DNA of 64,000 bases. Origin: Glaucostegus cemiculus. Lineage: Eukaryota. The notes under the pieces are model-generated. The model was not told where the DNA came from and did no database searches. It saw only the letters and a list, made by a program, of their open reading frames with translations. Each line of letters begins with the position of its first letter. Position 1 is the first letter of the stretch. A program made the translations under genes and the position numbers. The stretch is from the NCBI GenBank assembly GCA_976551045.1, contig CDPCPM010000064.1, positions 3,410,001-3,474,000 on the forward strand, read 5' to 3'. Below are positions 1-12,177 of the stretch, piece by piece.

Positions 1-99
1 CTGCCCCATCAGTTAAAGGGGAATCCTGAAGGATTCTGTATGTATGATAATAGCAAATGGACAACTATGGAGAGAGTCGTTTTCCTCAAGGATCAGCGA

Positions 100-1730
100 T
101 ATCTTCTATCTGTGGAGCTACAGAGCATGGGTGAGATCTTACTTGCATCGGGTCATCTTTATTTACCGCAGACAAAAACATGGAAGATGGTGAGTAGAGT
201 GTAGAGGAGAGTGACATCCTGAAACACACTGACAAAACGAAATTGGAAGTGAGGACGATCTGAACAAATCACAGGTGCCTGTATGGGAATTTGTGGGAAA
301 TAGGTGAGGATATTGCTGAGGCTCTGGCAAAGAGTTTTGTATCGTCCTTAACGGAAGACTGGAGGATGGATAATGCTGTATTTTGTTGAAGAAGGTTGCA
401 ACGACAAGCCAGAGAACGACAGGGCGGTGAGCCTCACATCAGTGCTGGGAATGTTACTGGAGGGGATTCTGAGGGATATGATATATCAACATTTGGAGAG
501 GCAAGGACACAGAGACAGACAGCATTGCTTTGTCTGTGGGAAGTGATGTCTCACGAATTTGACTGAGGATTTTCTGAAGAGGTGACGAAGAAGTTTGATG
601 AGGACCATGTAGTAAATGTTGCCCACATGACTTTTGGCAAGGCTGTGAAAGCGTCCTCCCTGCCAATCTGGCCTGGACGGTGAGATCACATGGGATACAG
701 GGTGAGCTACTGAATGAATACAACACCCTTTTGGTGGGAAGAGGCAGAGGTGGTAGGGAATGGTGTTTTTGTGAGATTGGAAGCCTGTGACCAGTGATGT
801 GTTGGCTCCCCTGTTGTTTTTTTTTTGTCATCTATATTCATGTTTGGCGAAGAATGCTGGTGGCCTGGTCAGTAAGTTAACAGATGATGCTACACCTGAC
901 GTTGTCGTGGACAGTGAGGAATGTTGTCTAAAGTTACTATAGGATACTGATCAATAGACAAAGGAATGGGAGTGGAACTTAACCCAGACACGTGCGAAGT
1001 AATGCATTCTTTGTGAATTTAAAGCTTGCTGGGACATTTATGGTGAATGGCTGAGTCCCGGCTGGTGTTGATGGACAGTGAGACCGAGAGGTACAGGTAA
1101 ATAGTTTCCTGAAGGTGGCAATACAATACCTATGGCACATGGTTAGCTTGCCTTCATCAGCAGAAGCAGTCAGTACCGAATGTGGGACCTCATGTACTGT
1201 TATGCAAGGTGTTGGTGTGAAATTTTGTGTGAAGTTCCAGACCAATGCAATAAGAGGGATGTAATTAAAATGGCGAAGGTGCAGTAAAGCTTCACAAGGA
1301 TGTTGCCTGAATTGGAGGGTTGAGGGATTGGATCGGCTGGGACTGTTTACCATTGAATGAAAGCAGCTGAGGTTGACCATACAGAGGTTTGTAAAATTAT
1401 GAGAGACAGAATCACAGTCTTCTTCCCAGAGCGGGGGAATCTAAACTTAAGGGGCACAGAGTTGAGGGAATAGGGGAAATATCCACAGTGAATTTGAATG
1501 AGGGTTCCATATAGAGAGTGGTGGCTCAATAGGTAAATGAAACGGGCTGTCAGAGGAGGTAGTAGAGGCAAATACAATGACACAGTCAAAGCAAACACAT
1601 GGACAGGGACGGGGAGAGGAAGGTTTTCGGGGAATATGGACCGTGCGCAGGGAAATGGAATTGGTCTACATGACCACCTTGTTCAGCATGGACAAGATGT
1701 GCTGAAGGGCTTGTTTCCGTCCTGTACATA
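100..1730 (+). mobile_element. Degraded CR1-type LINE, ORF2 RT region and 3' end
   Basis: Plus-strand sequence follows the usual CR1 RT order (gaagactggaggatggataatg; catgacttttggcaaggctgtg; gttaacagatgatgctac, an ADD-like motif) and ends in a CR1-like 3' UTR (gctgaagggcttgtttccgtcctgtac). Many stops and frameshifts. Confidence 0.8.
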
Positions 1731-2430
1731 TTTATGTATGGATAAATTTATGAATCTGACGGGACCGCTCGGGTTTATTCAGGGCTCAGAGCAGCACAGG
1801 TCAGCGGCACACACTTCATGTCATTCTCTGGTCCTCCTCACTGATACGCGGGGCTCAGTGCACCAGGTAAAACACCTTTAACACAGGTAAAACCAGGAGC
1901 CGCTTACACAGACATCCCCCAGATCCTCATCCACACCCGTTGCACTCTGACAGCCCTGTATCTGACATTCCCAACAGCCCTGTTTATCGGGGCCGTTTTC
2001 TGCCCTCGTACAACCAGCAGACTTACCAGGGCACTTCAGGGACAACAGGGACCAAGGCCAGATAAAGGCGGCAGTCATCCTGCCCTCGCCGTGAGAAGAT
2101 GATCATGTGATGTGGGATTTACCAACACCAGTCCTCATTTGTCCTTCAACTTTGTCCCAAACTCCGTCGCCGGTTTCACATTCCCACAGCTGCAGCACTA
2201 GTAGAGCTTCACGCAGTCTAAGCCACTGCAGACCTCAGAGCCCGTTGTGGCCAGAGCAGGACACACTCAGAAACAGCATCGGCCGCAAACAATGAAGCTC
2301 TGTGCTCCCTTCCCTACGGTGGCACAGCCCCTGTACATTATGGCCGGTGCTGTCTGCCAAAGATTACATTCTGATCTTTTGCAGGTCACATTAAGTCTGG
2401 CATTCCCACAGCAGCGTTATTCTGGGAGCA

Positions 2431-2526
2431 GATGATGTAACCTGGTTGTTCAGTGGTATAACTAACGTCAATGATCAGGGGACTGGTGCCGCTGGAGAGT
2501 TCTCTCCTCTATAATAAGAGCTGCCG
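2431..2526 (+). promoter_or_regulatory. Putative promoter of GPCR first exon A (bZIP-like site, TATA, GCTGCC)
   Basis: GATGATGTAACCTGG at 2431-2445 and TATAATAA at 2510-2517 followed by gagctgccg. The same module precedes the intact GPCR at 38850-38897. Confidence 0.55.
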
Positions 2527-2593
2527 TGAACATCTGAGGACGGGTTTGTCCGGTGTGTTGCATCAACAGAGGAATCATCACTTCTCCGCGGAC

Positions 2594-2663
2594 ATGGGAG
2601 CCCGGATACTTGGAAAAGTCCTGGCCATTTACTATCCAGTTCTGACAGCTGTTGATGTTGCTG
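2594..2663 (+). pseudogene. Orphan exon 1 of a GPR139/142-like GPCR
   Basis: Reads MGARILGKVLAIYYPVLTAVDVA+G|gtgcgt. It matches the exons at 27463 (IFYPIIAAVGIP+G|gtaagt) and 38971 (AFYTLLVAIGIP+A|gtaagt) and has the same phase-1 donor. The conserved G-x-P is changed to D-V-A, and no matching exon 2 was found nearby. Confidence 0.7.
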
Positions 2664-3040
2664 GTGCGTAGTTACACACAGATACTCACACTGTTCATCC
2701 CTTTTACCTCTGCAGTTGCTGCTGATGGGCTGTTACGTTGCTGTAGAATTCTGTGGACGAGATATGCTCAGTCCGACTGTTGCTTTCAATTTAACCCAGA
2801 GCGTTCATTTAAACTGTGATTTTATGCAGAGTTACACTGTGGTATTTTGACTGCTGAAGGTGTTACAGTGTGATGTGTAAACCCGCCGCCAATGTTAAGT
2901 CAGCAGTGACGGTGTGAGTTTACAGTGTACATTCTGTGTGTGAGGGGCAGAGAGGAGGAACACGCTGATAGTTCCAGTCTGTGAAATACACCGTGAAATA
3001 ACCCCGGATGGGTGTTCCTTTGTCTCCATGCTGTTACAGT

Positions 3041-3868
3041 TGTTACGAAGTACCTTACTATAGGCAACTATCCCTTTAAGATGGGACATTGTGTGTGTGT
3101 GCCACGTATTACGTCAAAAGAAGATAAGACTAACGTGATGAGATCATTACAAGAAAGAAAAAGATAAGACAGAGAGAGAGAGACAGACGGAGAGAGAGAA
3201 GAAGGAGAGATGGAAGCCTGTTTTGTTTCTGTCGATGGATGAAGGACAGTAACTGTGTTAGTTACTAAAATCAGTGGATGGATTTCTGGAGTGGTTCAGT
3301 GGAGTTCACTTTGTCGGTAACCTGTAGAAGGACACAGGTGTTTGCGTGGACAACCACATTTTGGATGCTCTTCAGAGTGGCAGATACTATGGAACAAAGT
3401 GATGGAATTCACTTTGCTGCTAACCTGTAGAAGAACACAGGTATTTGCATGGACAGTCACGATCAAGGAGTTTTCAGGGTGAGAAAGTCACTACCGAGTA
3501 AACCCTGAAGTGTCGTTTGAGTTTTGAGTGGAACATTCGGATTTCGTGATTCTTCTCTAATCTCTCTCTATATCTATGTTTTGTCTTCGGTGGACAGTGC
3601 TTGTGAAGAAGCCTTTATTCGTGTGTCATTTTACGGCTTATTGAACTGAACTTTAAGAACTATTTCCTGGACTTGGAGTTTAGGAACTTGCCGCACACGC
3701 ACGACGAGTAGTATTGGGGTTATAGTTTAAGATTCTAACATTTTATTGTGTACTAATATACTAACTTTTTATTCTTATTTTACGTATTATCGGATGTAGT
3801 TATTAAGAAAGTAGTTTTAACACTGAAGTATGAATTGGTGTGCTTCTTTTGTTGCTGGTTTCGTAACA
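3041..3868 (+). mobile_element. Solo LTR of a Gmr1/Gypsy-related family
   Basis: Termini TGTTACGAA...TTCGTAACA (9-bp inverted repeat), with a 4-bp TSD CAGT at 3037-3040 and 3869-3872. Internal motif ggagttcactttgtc..taacctgtaga is also present in the LTRs at 14641-15357 and 20193-20997. Confidence 0.9.
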
Positions 3869-4059
3869 CAGTACTGAGGCAAACTAACCTGCTGTCAATG
3901 GCTTCCTTTCACTTATACGGACAGTAGATCAGCCGTTAATGCTCCCGTCCGTGTGTGAGGCCGGCGTGTCGCTCGACTGCCAGGGACATGCTCTATTTTC
4001 ACTTCCATCCACTTTATGTATTCACATGTGGCGTGGAATATTTCTACGTCCAGGAATAA

Positions 4060-4260
4060 GTCCCCGCTGATCGACAACATAACCAACTCTGAACTGCTGG
4101 CAAAGTTCAGCAGGTCAGGCGGCACCTGTGGAATTGGAAACAGTGTAAGGAACCAGGTCAAAGTTGCTTGATACAGACTGAGAAAGGGAGAAAGTGAGTT
4201 ATTGTAGGTGGCAGAGGAAGTGGGGAAGGTAATGGGTGGAACACAGGGGATGTCTAGAAC
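4060..4260 (-). mobile_element. Penelope-like terminal repeat fragment
   Basis: Reverse strand reads ...ggtgccgcctgacctgctgaactttgccagcag, similar to the repeat ends at 44690-44790 and 51620-51690. Confidence 0.45.
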
Positions 4261-4329
4261 TGCGTGAGATGATGTTGCTGTTGAACAGAGAGTTGATCTC
4301 CTTTGTCTACGTAACGTGTTTCTCATGTT

Positions 4330-5470
4330 GTGACGTCCACCGTGATGTTGTGAAGTCCGAATGATGTGGTGACGTTGAATGGTTGAGGTCCACTTACTTG
4401 ATTCAAATGCGATGAAAATGAATTTGCTGTGATCTAATCTGCCTCTAAATTTGTGTTCTGTATGGCAGCGTGCAATGAGGTGTGGATGTCTGTTGTTTTC
4501 AAAAAATGCTCGATGGCGAATTTGTGGCCCTCATTTTCTGAAGCCAATTTAGAAATGGTGGTATCCAGAAAGTCAGCTTTCTCTTTGGTTGTTATGGATT
4601 TGACTGTGGGTGATGGTTGTCAAAGATTTGAATGCCTCCCTCTAAATCTGTTTTCGATTGTGTCCATACTCCCCAAATGTAATCTAGGTGACTGTAGCAA
4701 TACATTGGTCACCTGGTGCACTTCTGGATGACCATCTCTTCCCAGACTGCCATAGATAATGCTGGCGAAATCTGGTGCATAAGTCTTCCCCGCTGTTATC
4801 CCTTTGGTTTGTAAGAAGCATTCGTCATTGAATTCAAAGTCATTCTTTGTCAGCAACCGGTAAGTTAATTTGACCAAAGCTTCGTCTGGTCTGTCAGTTT
4901 CAGCGTTTATTTCTTGGATATTTTTGTAAGTCTTCAGGCCCCTATCTGTTTCTATTTTTGTGTGCAGACTTCCAGTCGTAAAGGGTCACTGTCAGGGAGG
5001 TAACAATATGTGTAAAGTGAATGTGTCTTTGATGCAGCTGGGAAGTTGCTGCATCAACGTATGGGAGAACATTGCACAATCTGACCTGCATTTCCATTTA
5101 TGAAGCATTTTCGGTTTTATTTCGGAGTCTCAGCACCACAGTTTTTTTAAAATTTCCCCGCTGTTCTGTGGCTGTGACGCTCCGGCTCCAGAAATGGATC
5201 AGCTTTTCCATTTCCCTTTGTACCTTGTGGTGCTATTTGTGCTCCGTTGTTCCTGGTTTAAGTACATTTCAGACAGTGTTCCAGAGAGATGGGGCTGTGT
5301 TATTGCCGGGACTGAGTACAGTTCAATCATTGCCCAGGCTCTGTCCAAATCTGAGATCAGATCTGGGGCGTGGACTTGGGTGACAGACAAGGGATAAGTC
5401 TGAGTCTGTTTCACACCCCTTGTTGCTCTGTGAGGGGAACTCCTGCGGTTTCAGAGCCCTCACACCATCT
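4330..5470 (-). mobile_element. Penelope-like element (PLE) reverse transcriptase remnant
   Basis: Translates to LTKNDFEFNDECFLQTKGITAGKTYAPDFASI (PLE consensus FeFN..YlQ.kGtaMG..fAP..AN), KADFLDTTI and KTTDIHTSLH. Multiple frameshifts. Confidence 0.8.
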
Positions 5471-5984
5471 GACTGAAAGTTTGTTGAACCAATACCCCCA
5501 TGTGGGTGTCGATGCTGCCACAGAGGTGAGTAGTGAGCGATCACGTGTCTGTGACCCAATGTCAGTGGAGAAAGACAGCAACTGTTCCAGTGGGAATGTT
5601 TCTGTGAGCTGCTGAAGTTACAGTACTGGGCAAAGTCCTTTGGTGTCAGACAGCACACAGGGATATGTTGCTGGAAAGGGAACTGGATGGGTTGGTTCTG
5701 TGTAAGATGTGTATCACATACGTGAATGTGAGGTCAAAAGTAAAGTCCCGCGGTCACTCATTTCCACGGAGAATCGCTGTTGACTCCTGCTCACGCCTCA
5801 GAGATCCTGAGTTCATTGGCAACTTCTGCATTCCTCACTTCCCATTCGTTTCACTGTGAATGTGCAGTGTTGCAGCTGGGCTCAGGTCTGCTTATTTTTG
5901 CTCTTGTTAATTTGTGACTGTCTGTGAGTTACCCCTTACATCTCATGACCCAGCTGTGTGCATATTGTGAGCTATGCTTCTCCA

Positions 5985-6210
5985 TGGGCGACGCCGAGTC
6001 TCAGCTAGTAGATCTCTTGCCTCACAGTGCAAGTCTGACCTTGACTTTGGATGCCGCTGTGTTGAGTCGGCACATTCTCCCTGTGAGCGCATTGGGTTCT
6101 CCGTGTGCTCCGGCTTACCCTCCCTCACAAAGAATGTGAGTTGGTGGCTTCACTGCTCTAAGTTAAACAATGAATTGTAGAATCCAGGGTGAATTGATGT
6201 GTGTGTGAGC
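5985..6210 (+). mobile_element. V-SINE (HE1/HER1-like tRNA-derived SINE), degraded
   Basis: tRNA-like head (gcctcacagtgcaag) followed by a V-domain-like core cattctccctgtgagcgcattgggttctccgtgtgctccggcttaccctccctcacaaagaatgtg. Confidence 0.7.
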
Positions 6211-6249
6211 TGCAAGTCTGAGTCCATCACTTTATTCCACTTAAACGTA

Positions 6250-7320
6250 AATCATTATTGGTTTATTATTGCCACTTGTATCGACGTGCTGTGAAAAACA
6301 TGTATTGCAGACCGTTTGTACAGATCAATTCGTTACCCGGTGCAGATATATTGAGTTAGCACAGCGTGTTTCAAGGTAGTACAGGTAAAAGCAATAGCGG
6401 AATACTGAGTAAAGTGCCACAGCTTCAGAGAAATGCATTTCAGGTAGACAATAAGGTGCAACGTCATTACAAGGTATATTTTGAGGACAAGAGTCCATCT
6501 CATCGCTTCAAGGCACCGTTCAATATTATTATCACCGTGAGATAGGAGCTGCCTTTGAGCCTGATGGTAATTGTCCTGAGGATCTTGTATCTTCTACGTG
6601 ATGGGAGTGCAAAGAGAGAATGACACGAGTGGTTGTTGACTTTGATTATGCTGGATGCTTCATCAGCGAGAGGGATTGACAGAGTCGTTGGAGGAGAGGC
6701 TGGTTTCAATGAGGCGCTTGGCTGTTTCCACAACTCTGCAGTTTATGGAAATCCTCGGCAGAGCAGTTGCCATACCAAGCCAGATAGAACGCTTTCTTTG
6801 GTGCATCTATGAAAGTTGCTGAGTGTCAAATGAGTCATGCCAAATTTCTTAAGCCTCCTGAGGAAGTCGAGGTGTTGGTGTGCTTTCTTGGCATGGTTGG
6901 ACCAAATGGTTGGACCAGGACAGGCTATTGATGAAGTTCTCTCCTGTGAACTTGAAGCTCTCAACCATCTAGACCTCAGAACTATTGCTGTAGACGGGTG
7001 CATGTACAGAGCCCCCTTTCCTGAATTCACTGACCAGCTCTTTTGTTTTGCTGAATTTTGAGGGAAAGGTTGTTGTCATGAAAACCGTGACACTGAGCTC
7101 TCTGTCTGCATCCTGTACCCTGATTCATCATTATTTGAAATAAGGCCCACGTCGGTGGCATCATCGGCAATCCTGTAGAAGGAGCTAGAGAGGAATCTGG
7201 TCATGCAGTCATGAAAATATAGAGATTAGAGCAGATGGATAAGGACACAGCCTGATGGGGCACCCGTGTTAACTATAATCTGTTGAAGGTACCACTGCCT
7301 ATCCTCGGTGATTGCGGTGT
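6250..7320 (-). mobile_element. Rex1/Babar non-LTR retrotransposon, 3' fragment
   Basis: Reads KKAHQHLDFLRRLKKFGMTHLTLSNFHRCTKESVLSG and HSLFALPSRRRYKILRTITIRLKGSSY, both typical Rex1/Babar C-terminal motifs. Confidence 0.8.
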
Positions 7321-7323
7321 GTA

Positions 7324-10300
7324 AGAAACATAGAAACATGGAAAACCTACAGCAAATTTCAGGCCCTTCGGCCCACAAAGCTGCGTCAAACACGTCCCTA
7401 CCTTAGCAATTACTAAGTTTACCCATAGCCCTCTATTTTTCTCAGCTCCATATACCTATCCAAAAGTCTCATAAACGAACCTATCGTATCCGCTTTCACC
7501 ACCGTTGTCAGACACCCATTCCACACACTCAGCACGCTCTGAGTAAAAAAAAAACTTACGTCTGACTTTTCCTCTGTACCTCCTCCTGAGCACCTCAAAT
7601 TATATCCTCACGTGGCAACCTTTTCAGAGCTAGGAAAAAGCCTCTAACTATCTACCCGTTCAATGGCTTTCATAACCTTATACACCTCTATCAGTTACCC
7701 CCTCATCCTCGGTCGTTCCAAGGAGCAAAGACCAAATTCACTCAACATGCTCTCAGAAGACATGTTGCGCATTCCAGGCAGAATCCTTGTAAATGCCCTC
7801 TGCACCCTTTCTATGGCTTTCACATCCTACTTGTAATGAGGTAACCAGAACTGAGCACAGTACTCCAAGTGGGGTCGAACCAGGATCCAATATAGCTGCA
7901 ACATTACCTCTCGGCTCCTAAATTCAATTCCACGCATTTGATGATGAAGGACAATGCACCATATCTCTTCTTAACCACGTCAACGTTTGTAGATGCTTTG
8001 AGCGTCCTATGGCTTCGGAGCCCAAGATCCGTCTGATCCTCCACACTTCCATGAGTCCAACCATTAGTACTATATTCTGCCATCATACTTGACGTAGGAA
8101 AATGAACCACTTCACAATTGTCTGGGTTATACTGCAAGTGCCACTTCTCAGAACAACATTGTATCCTATCTATGTCCCGCTGTAACCTCTGACAGCCCTC
8201 TATACTATCCACACCTCCAACATTTGTGTCATCCGCAAATTTACTGAACCATCCCCCCCCCCCCACTTCCTCATGCAGGTCGTTTATAAAATTCACAAAG
8301 ATTAAGGATCCCAAAACAGATTCCTGAGGCACACCACAGGTCACCGACCTCCATGCTGAATACGACCCTTCAAGAACCACTCTTTGCCTTCTGTGGGCCA
8401 GCCAGTTCAGGATCAACTTTACATGGTCCCCTTGGATCCTGTGCCTCCTTACTTTCTCAATAAACCTCGGATGGGGTACCTTACAAATGCCTTGCTGAAA
8501 TCCATATGCACGACATATACTATTCTTCCTTTATCGATGTGTTTCGACACATTCTTAAAACTTCAATCAGCCTCGTAAGACAGGACCTGCGCTTGGCAAA
8601 GCCATGCTGACTATTAGTAATCACATTACATCTTCCCGAACATTCATAAATCCTCCCTCTCAGAATCTTCTCCACCAGTTTACCAACAACTGAGGTAAGA
8701 CTCACTGGTCTGTAATTTCCTGGGCTATATCTACTCCCTTTCTTGAATAAGGGATCAACATCCGCAACCCTCCGATATCCTGGAACCTCTCCCATCAACA
8801 TCGACGATGTAAAGATCATCGTCAGAGGCTCTGCAATCTCCTCCCCATCGTCCCACATCAACCTGGGGGTACATCTCATCCGGTCCCGGCGACTTATCCA
8901 ACTTGATGCTTTCCAAAATTTTCAGTAGCCCTCTTTCCTAATACCTACACGGTCAAGCTTTTCAGCCTGCTGCACGTCATCACTACCATCATCCAGATCT
9001 TTTTCCGCAGTGAATATTGATGTAAAGTAACATTAAGTCTCTCCGCAATTTCCTCCGGATCCCTGCACACTTCCCCACTGCTGCACTTGACAGGTCATAT
9101 TCTTTCTTATCGTATCCTCTTGCTCTTCGCATATTTGTGGAATACCTTGGGATTTTCCTTAATCTTGCCCACCAAGGCCTTCTCATTTTCCATTTTGGCT
9201 TTCCTAATTTCCTTCTTAAGCTCCTTCCTGCTAGGCTTATACTTTTCCAGATCTCTGATATTACCTAGCTGTCTACTTCTTTTCCTTTTGACTAGATTTA
9301 TTATGGCCTTTGCATACCACATTTCCTGTATCCTCTCGTAACTCCCCTGTCTCATCGGAACATGCCTATGCAAGTTCACACAAATATCCCCGAATATCTG
9401 CCACGTTTCTTTCGTACCTTTTCCTTGAGAACATCTGTTCCAAATTTAATCGTCTAATTTCTTACTGAGAGCCTCATAATTCCTACTTCAAATAAAGCCT
9501 TTCTCGTCTGTCTGTTCCTATCTGTCTCCAATGATATCGTAAGGATATAGAATTATGATCACTAACTCCAAAATTCTCTCCCACTGAGAGATCTGACACC
9601 AACCAGGTTCATGTCCTGATACCAAACCAAATACATCCTCTCCTCTTGTAGGCCTATCTAAATATTGAGTCAAGAATCCTTCCTGAACACACTTGACAAA
9701 CTCACCCGAGCTCAGCCCCTCACTGTATGTATATGCCAATCGATGTTTGGGAAATTAAAATCTCCCATCATAACAACGTTCTCACACCTTTCTAGGATCT
9801 GCTTCCTTATCTGCTCCTTGATATCTCTGTTACTATTGGGCGGTCTATAAAAACACTCAGAAAAGTTATTGAGCCCTTCCTGTTCCTAACCTCCACCATA
9901 GAGACTCCGTACAGTCCGTCCATGATGTCCACCTTTTATGCAGCCTTGAAACTATCTTTGATCTAAAGTTCCACTCCCCCACCTCTGACTCCCTCCTTGT
10001 CCTTTTCTAATCGTCTAAATCCTTGCAATTGAAGTAACCATTCCAGTCCCTGAGACATTCAAGTCATGGCCAACACGTCGTAGCTCCAAGTATTTATCCA
10101 AGCCCTAAGCTCGTCCGCCTTGTTCAAAATACTCCTAGCGTTAAAGTAGACACAGTTCAAACCGGTCTGAGCACTTCCGTTTTCTATCACCTGCCTATCC
10201 TCCCTCTCGTACCTACGACTAGCTTTCTCTATTTGAGACCCAAACAGCTCTTCCCCAGTCTGTCCAATTCTGATCCTACCCACAACAATTCTAGTTTAAC

Positions 10301-11400
10301 ACAACCCCCTCTCTCCGTAGACTTAGAAAACCTCACCACCAGTATATTGGTCCCCCTTGGATTCAGTGCAACCCGTCCTCTTTGTACAGGGCATACCTGC
10401 CGCAACAGAGGCCCCAATGATCCAGAAATCCGAATCACTTCCGCTTAATCCAATCCCTCGGCCATGCATTTAACCTCCGTCTCATTCTGTTCCTATACTC
10501 ACTGACACGTGGCACAAGCAATAATCCTGAAATTACTACCTTTGAGGAGCTGCTGATCAACTTCCTTCCCAACTCCCCATATTCTTTTTCAGGACTTCAT
10601 CCCTTTTCTTTCCTATGTCATTGGTACAATATATACCACGACCTCTGGCTGTTCTCCCTCCCTTTGCAGGATATCTTGGGCGCGATCTGAAACATGCTGG
10701 TCCCTGGACCGTGGGAGGCAAACTACCTTCCGAGTTTCCTTGCTGCGTTCTCATAATCACTTGTCTGCCCACCTAACTATAGAGTCCCCTATCGCTAGTG
10801 CCCTCTTCTCTCCTTCCCTACCCTTGTGAGCCACAGGGCCCGACTCTCTGCCAGAGACACTGCAACTGTTGCTTCCTCCCGGTAGGCTGTTTCCCCCAAC
10901 AGTACTCAAGCAGGAGTACTTATTGTCAAGGGGTACAGCCATAGGGGTACTCTCTAGTACCTGACGCTTCCTCTTCCTCCTCCTGACTGTGGCCCACTTG
11001 CCTGACTGTCGTGGCCCAGGTGTGACCACCTGCCGATAACTCCTTTCTTTCACTTCCTCACTCTCCCTGAGCATATGAACGTCATCGAGATGAATCACAA
11101 GTTCCCAAACAAGGTCCCTCAGGAGCTGCACCTCGACACACTGGGTGCAGATGTGTCCTTCTCGGAGGCAGGGAGACTCCGTGAACTCCCACATCTGACA
11201 CCGCGCAGAGAAAACCACACTCATGCTACTTCTTTCACTCAAATCATCTACATTTCCTCGTCCCTGCACGTCGAAACCCGTTGAGCCAAAGCCCAACCAC
11301 TCTGCTCCTTTTCACTCCGCTGCCCGCTGGATATGGCGGTTTTTTTAAATGGACCGCGCGTTACCTGCTGACTTCACGCGCCTGCGCAGTTCTGCCCTAC
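7324..11400 (-). mobile_element. Near full-length CR1 LINE (5' UTR, ORF1, APE-RT ORF2, tail), inactivated
   Basis: ORF1 has a CxxC zinc motif (RCQMWE..HICTQC) and an SGNH-like AIGDSIVR motif (about 10229-11296). ORF2 has APE CVYFNARSILNK and RT NYRPVSLTS, VPQESVLG and FADDT. The (TTTCTATG)-type tail is at about 7325 and the CpG-rich 5' UTR at about 11300-11400. Confidence 0.92.
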
Positions 11401-12079
11401 TATTCCCGTTAAGAATTATCTTTAAATAATTTGATTAGAACCATTGATCCGCCATTAGAACCATGGCGGATTCGGTGCCCACATGTTTTCAAAGGAGGGG
11501 GTAAGTCAATCAAGTATCTACAATGCCTAAGGTACTTTTCTTTCTCACACCAGAGCGGGGATGGAGTGCTTGAAGTGGTTACCACACATGTTCGGTCACA
11601 GTTTGGGCATCACGGAGAGCTGTGGTCTCCACATTACAGCAAAGCTACGACTTCATTGGAGGGAGGGAAGAGGAGATTTACCCGCCTGTAATTCTGCATT
11701 GAAGTGGGAGCAATGAAGAATTATTTGAGAGAGTAGACGTTGTCATTGCAACAGGATGCGAGAAAACTCTTAATTGAAATACAAGTAAGAACTGTTAGCC
11801 TTGGTACAGTAGGAAAATGGTATTTACCTTGGGAGGCGGTGCAAAATCAGGGGAGGAATTTACAGAGACGTAAGAGAGGAGGGAAGTAAATATCATTCAC
11901 AATCACCTTCAGTCCCTGCATCACCACTTTGCCCAGAACTACTGTTACTTCACACTGTAGACTTGGAATGGACGTTCAACCTACCCGCTTCGAAATGGAC
12001 TGTAAGCAAGTGCAGAATACACAGCACTGAGTCCATGCTCCATCCACTGTTCTGCTTCACTCTATTAATAACTCACTGA

Positions 12080-12177
12080 ATCTTCTCACTGCCTTGTCCC
12101 ATGGACATTCACCCTGCCCAGTCCCCACTGAATCTTCTCCCTGTCCAGTCCCCCTGCACCTTCACACTGCGCCGTCC
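12080..12177. repeat. ~23-bp minisatellite, left part
   Basis: Units resembling ccccactgcaccttcaccctgtccagt. The same unit resumes at 13885-13963. Confidence 0.6.

Noticed and set aside
1790-1900. caccag|gtaaaa as an upstream non-coding exon donor for GPCR A
   Set aside because: No supporting acceptor evidence, and exon A has its own TATA module.
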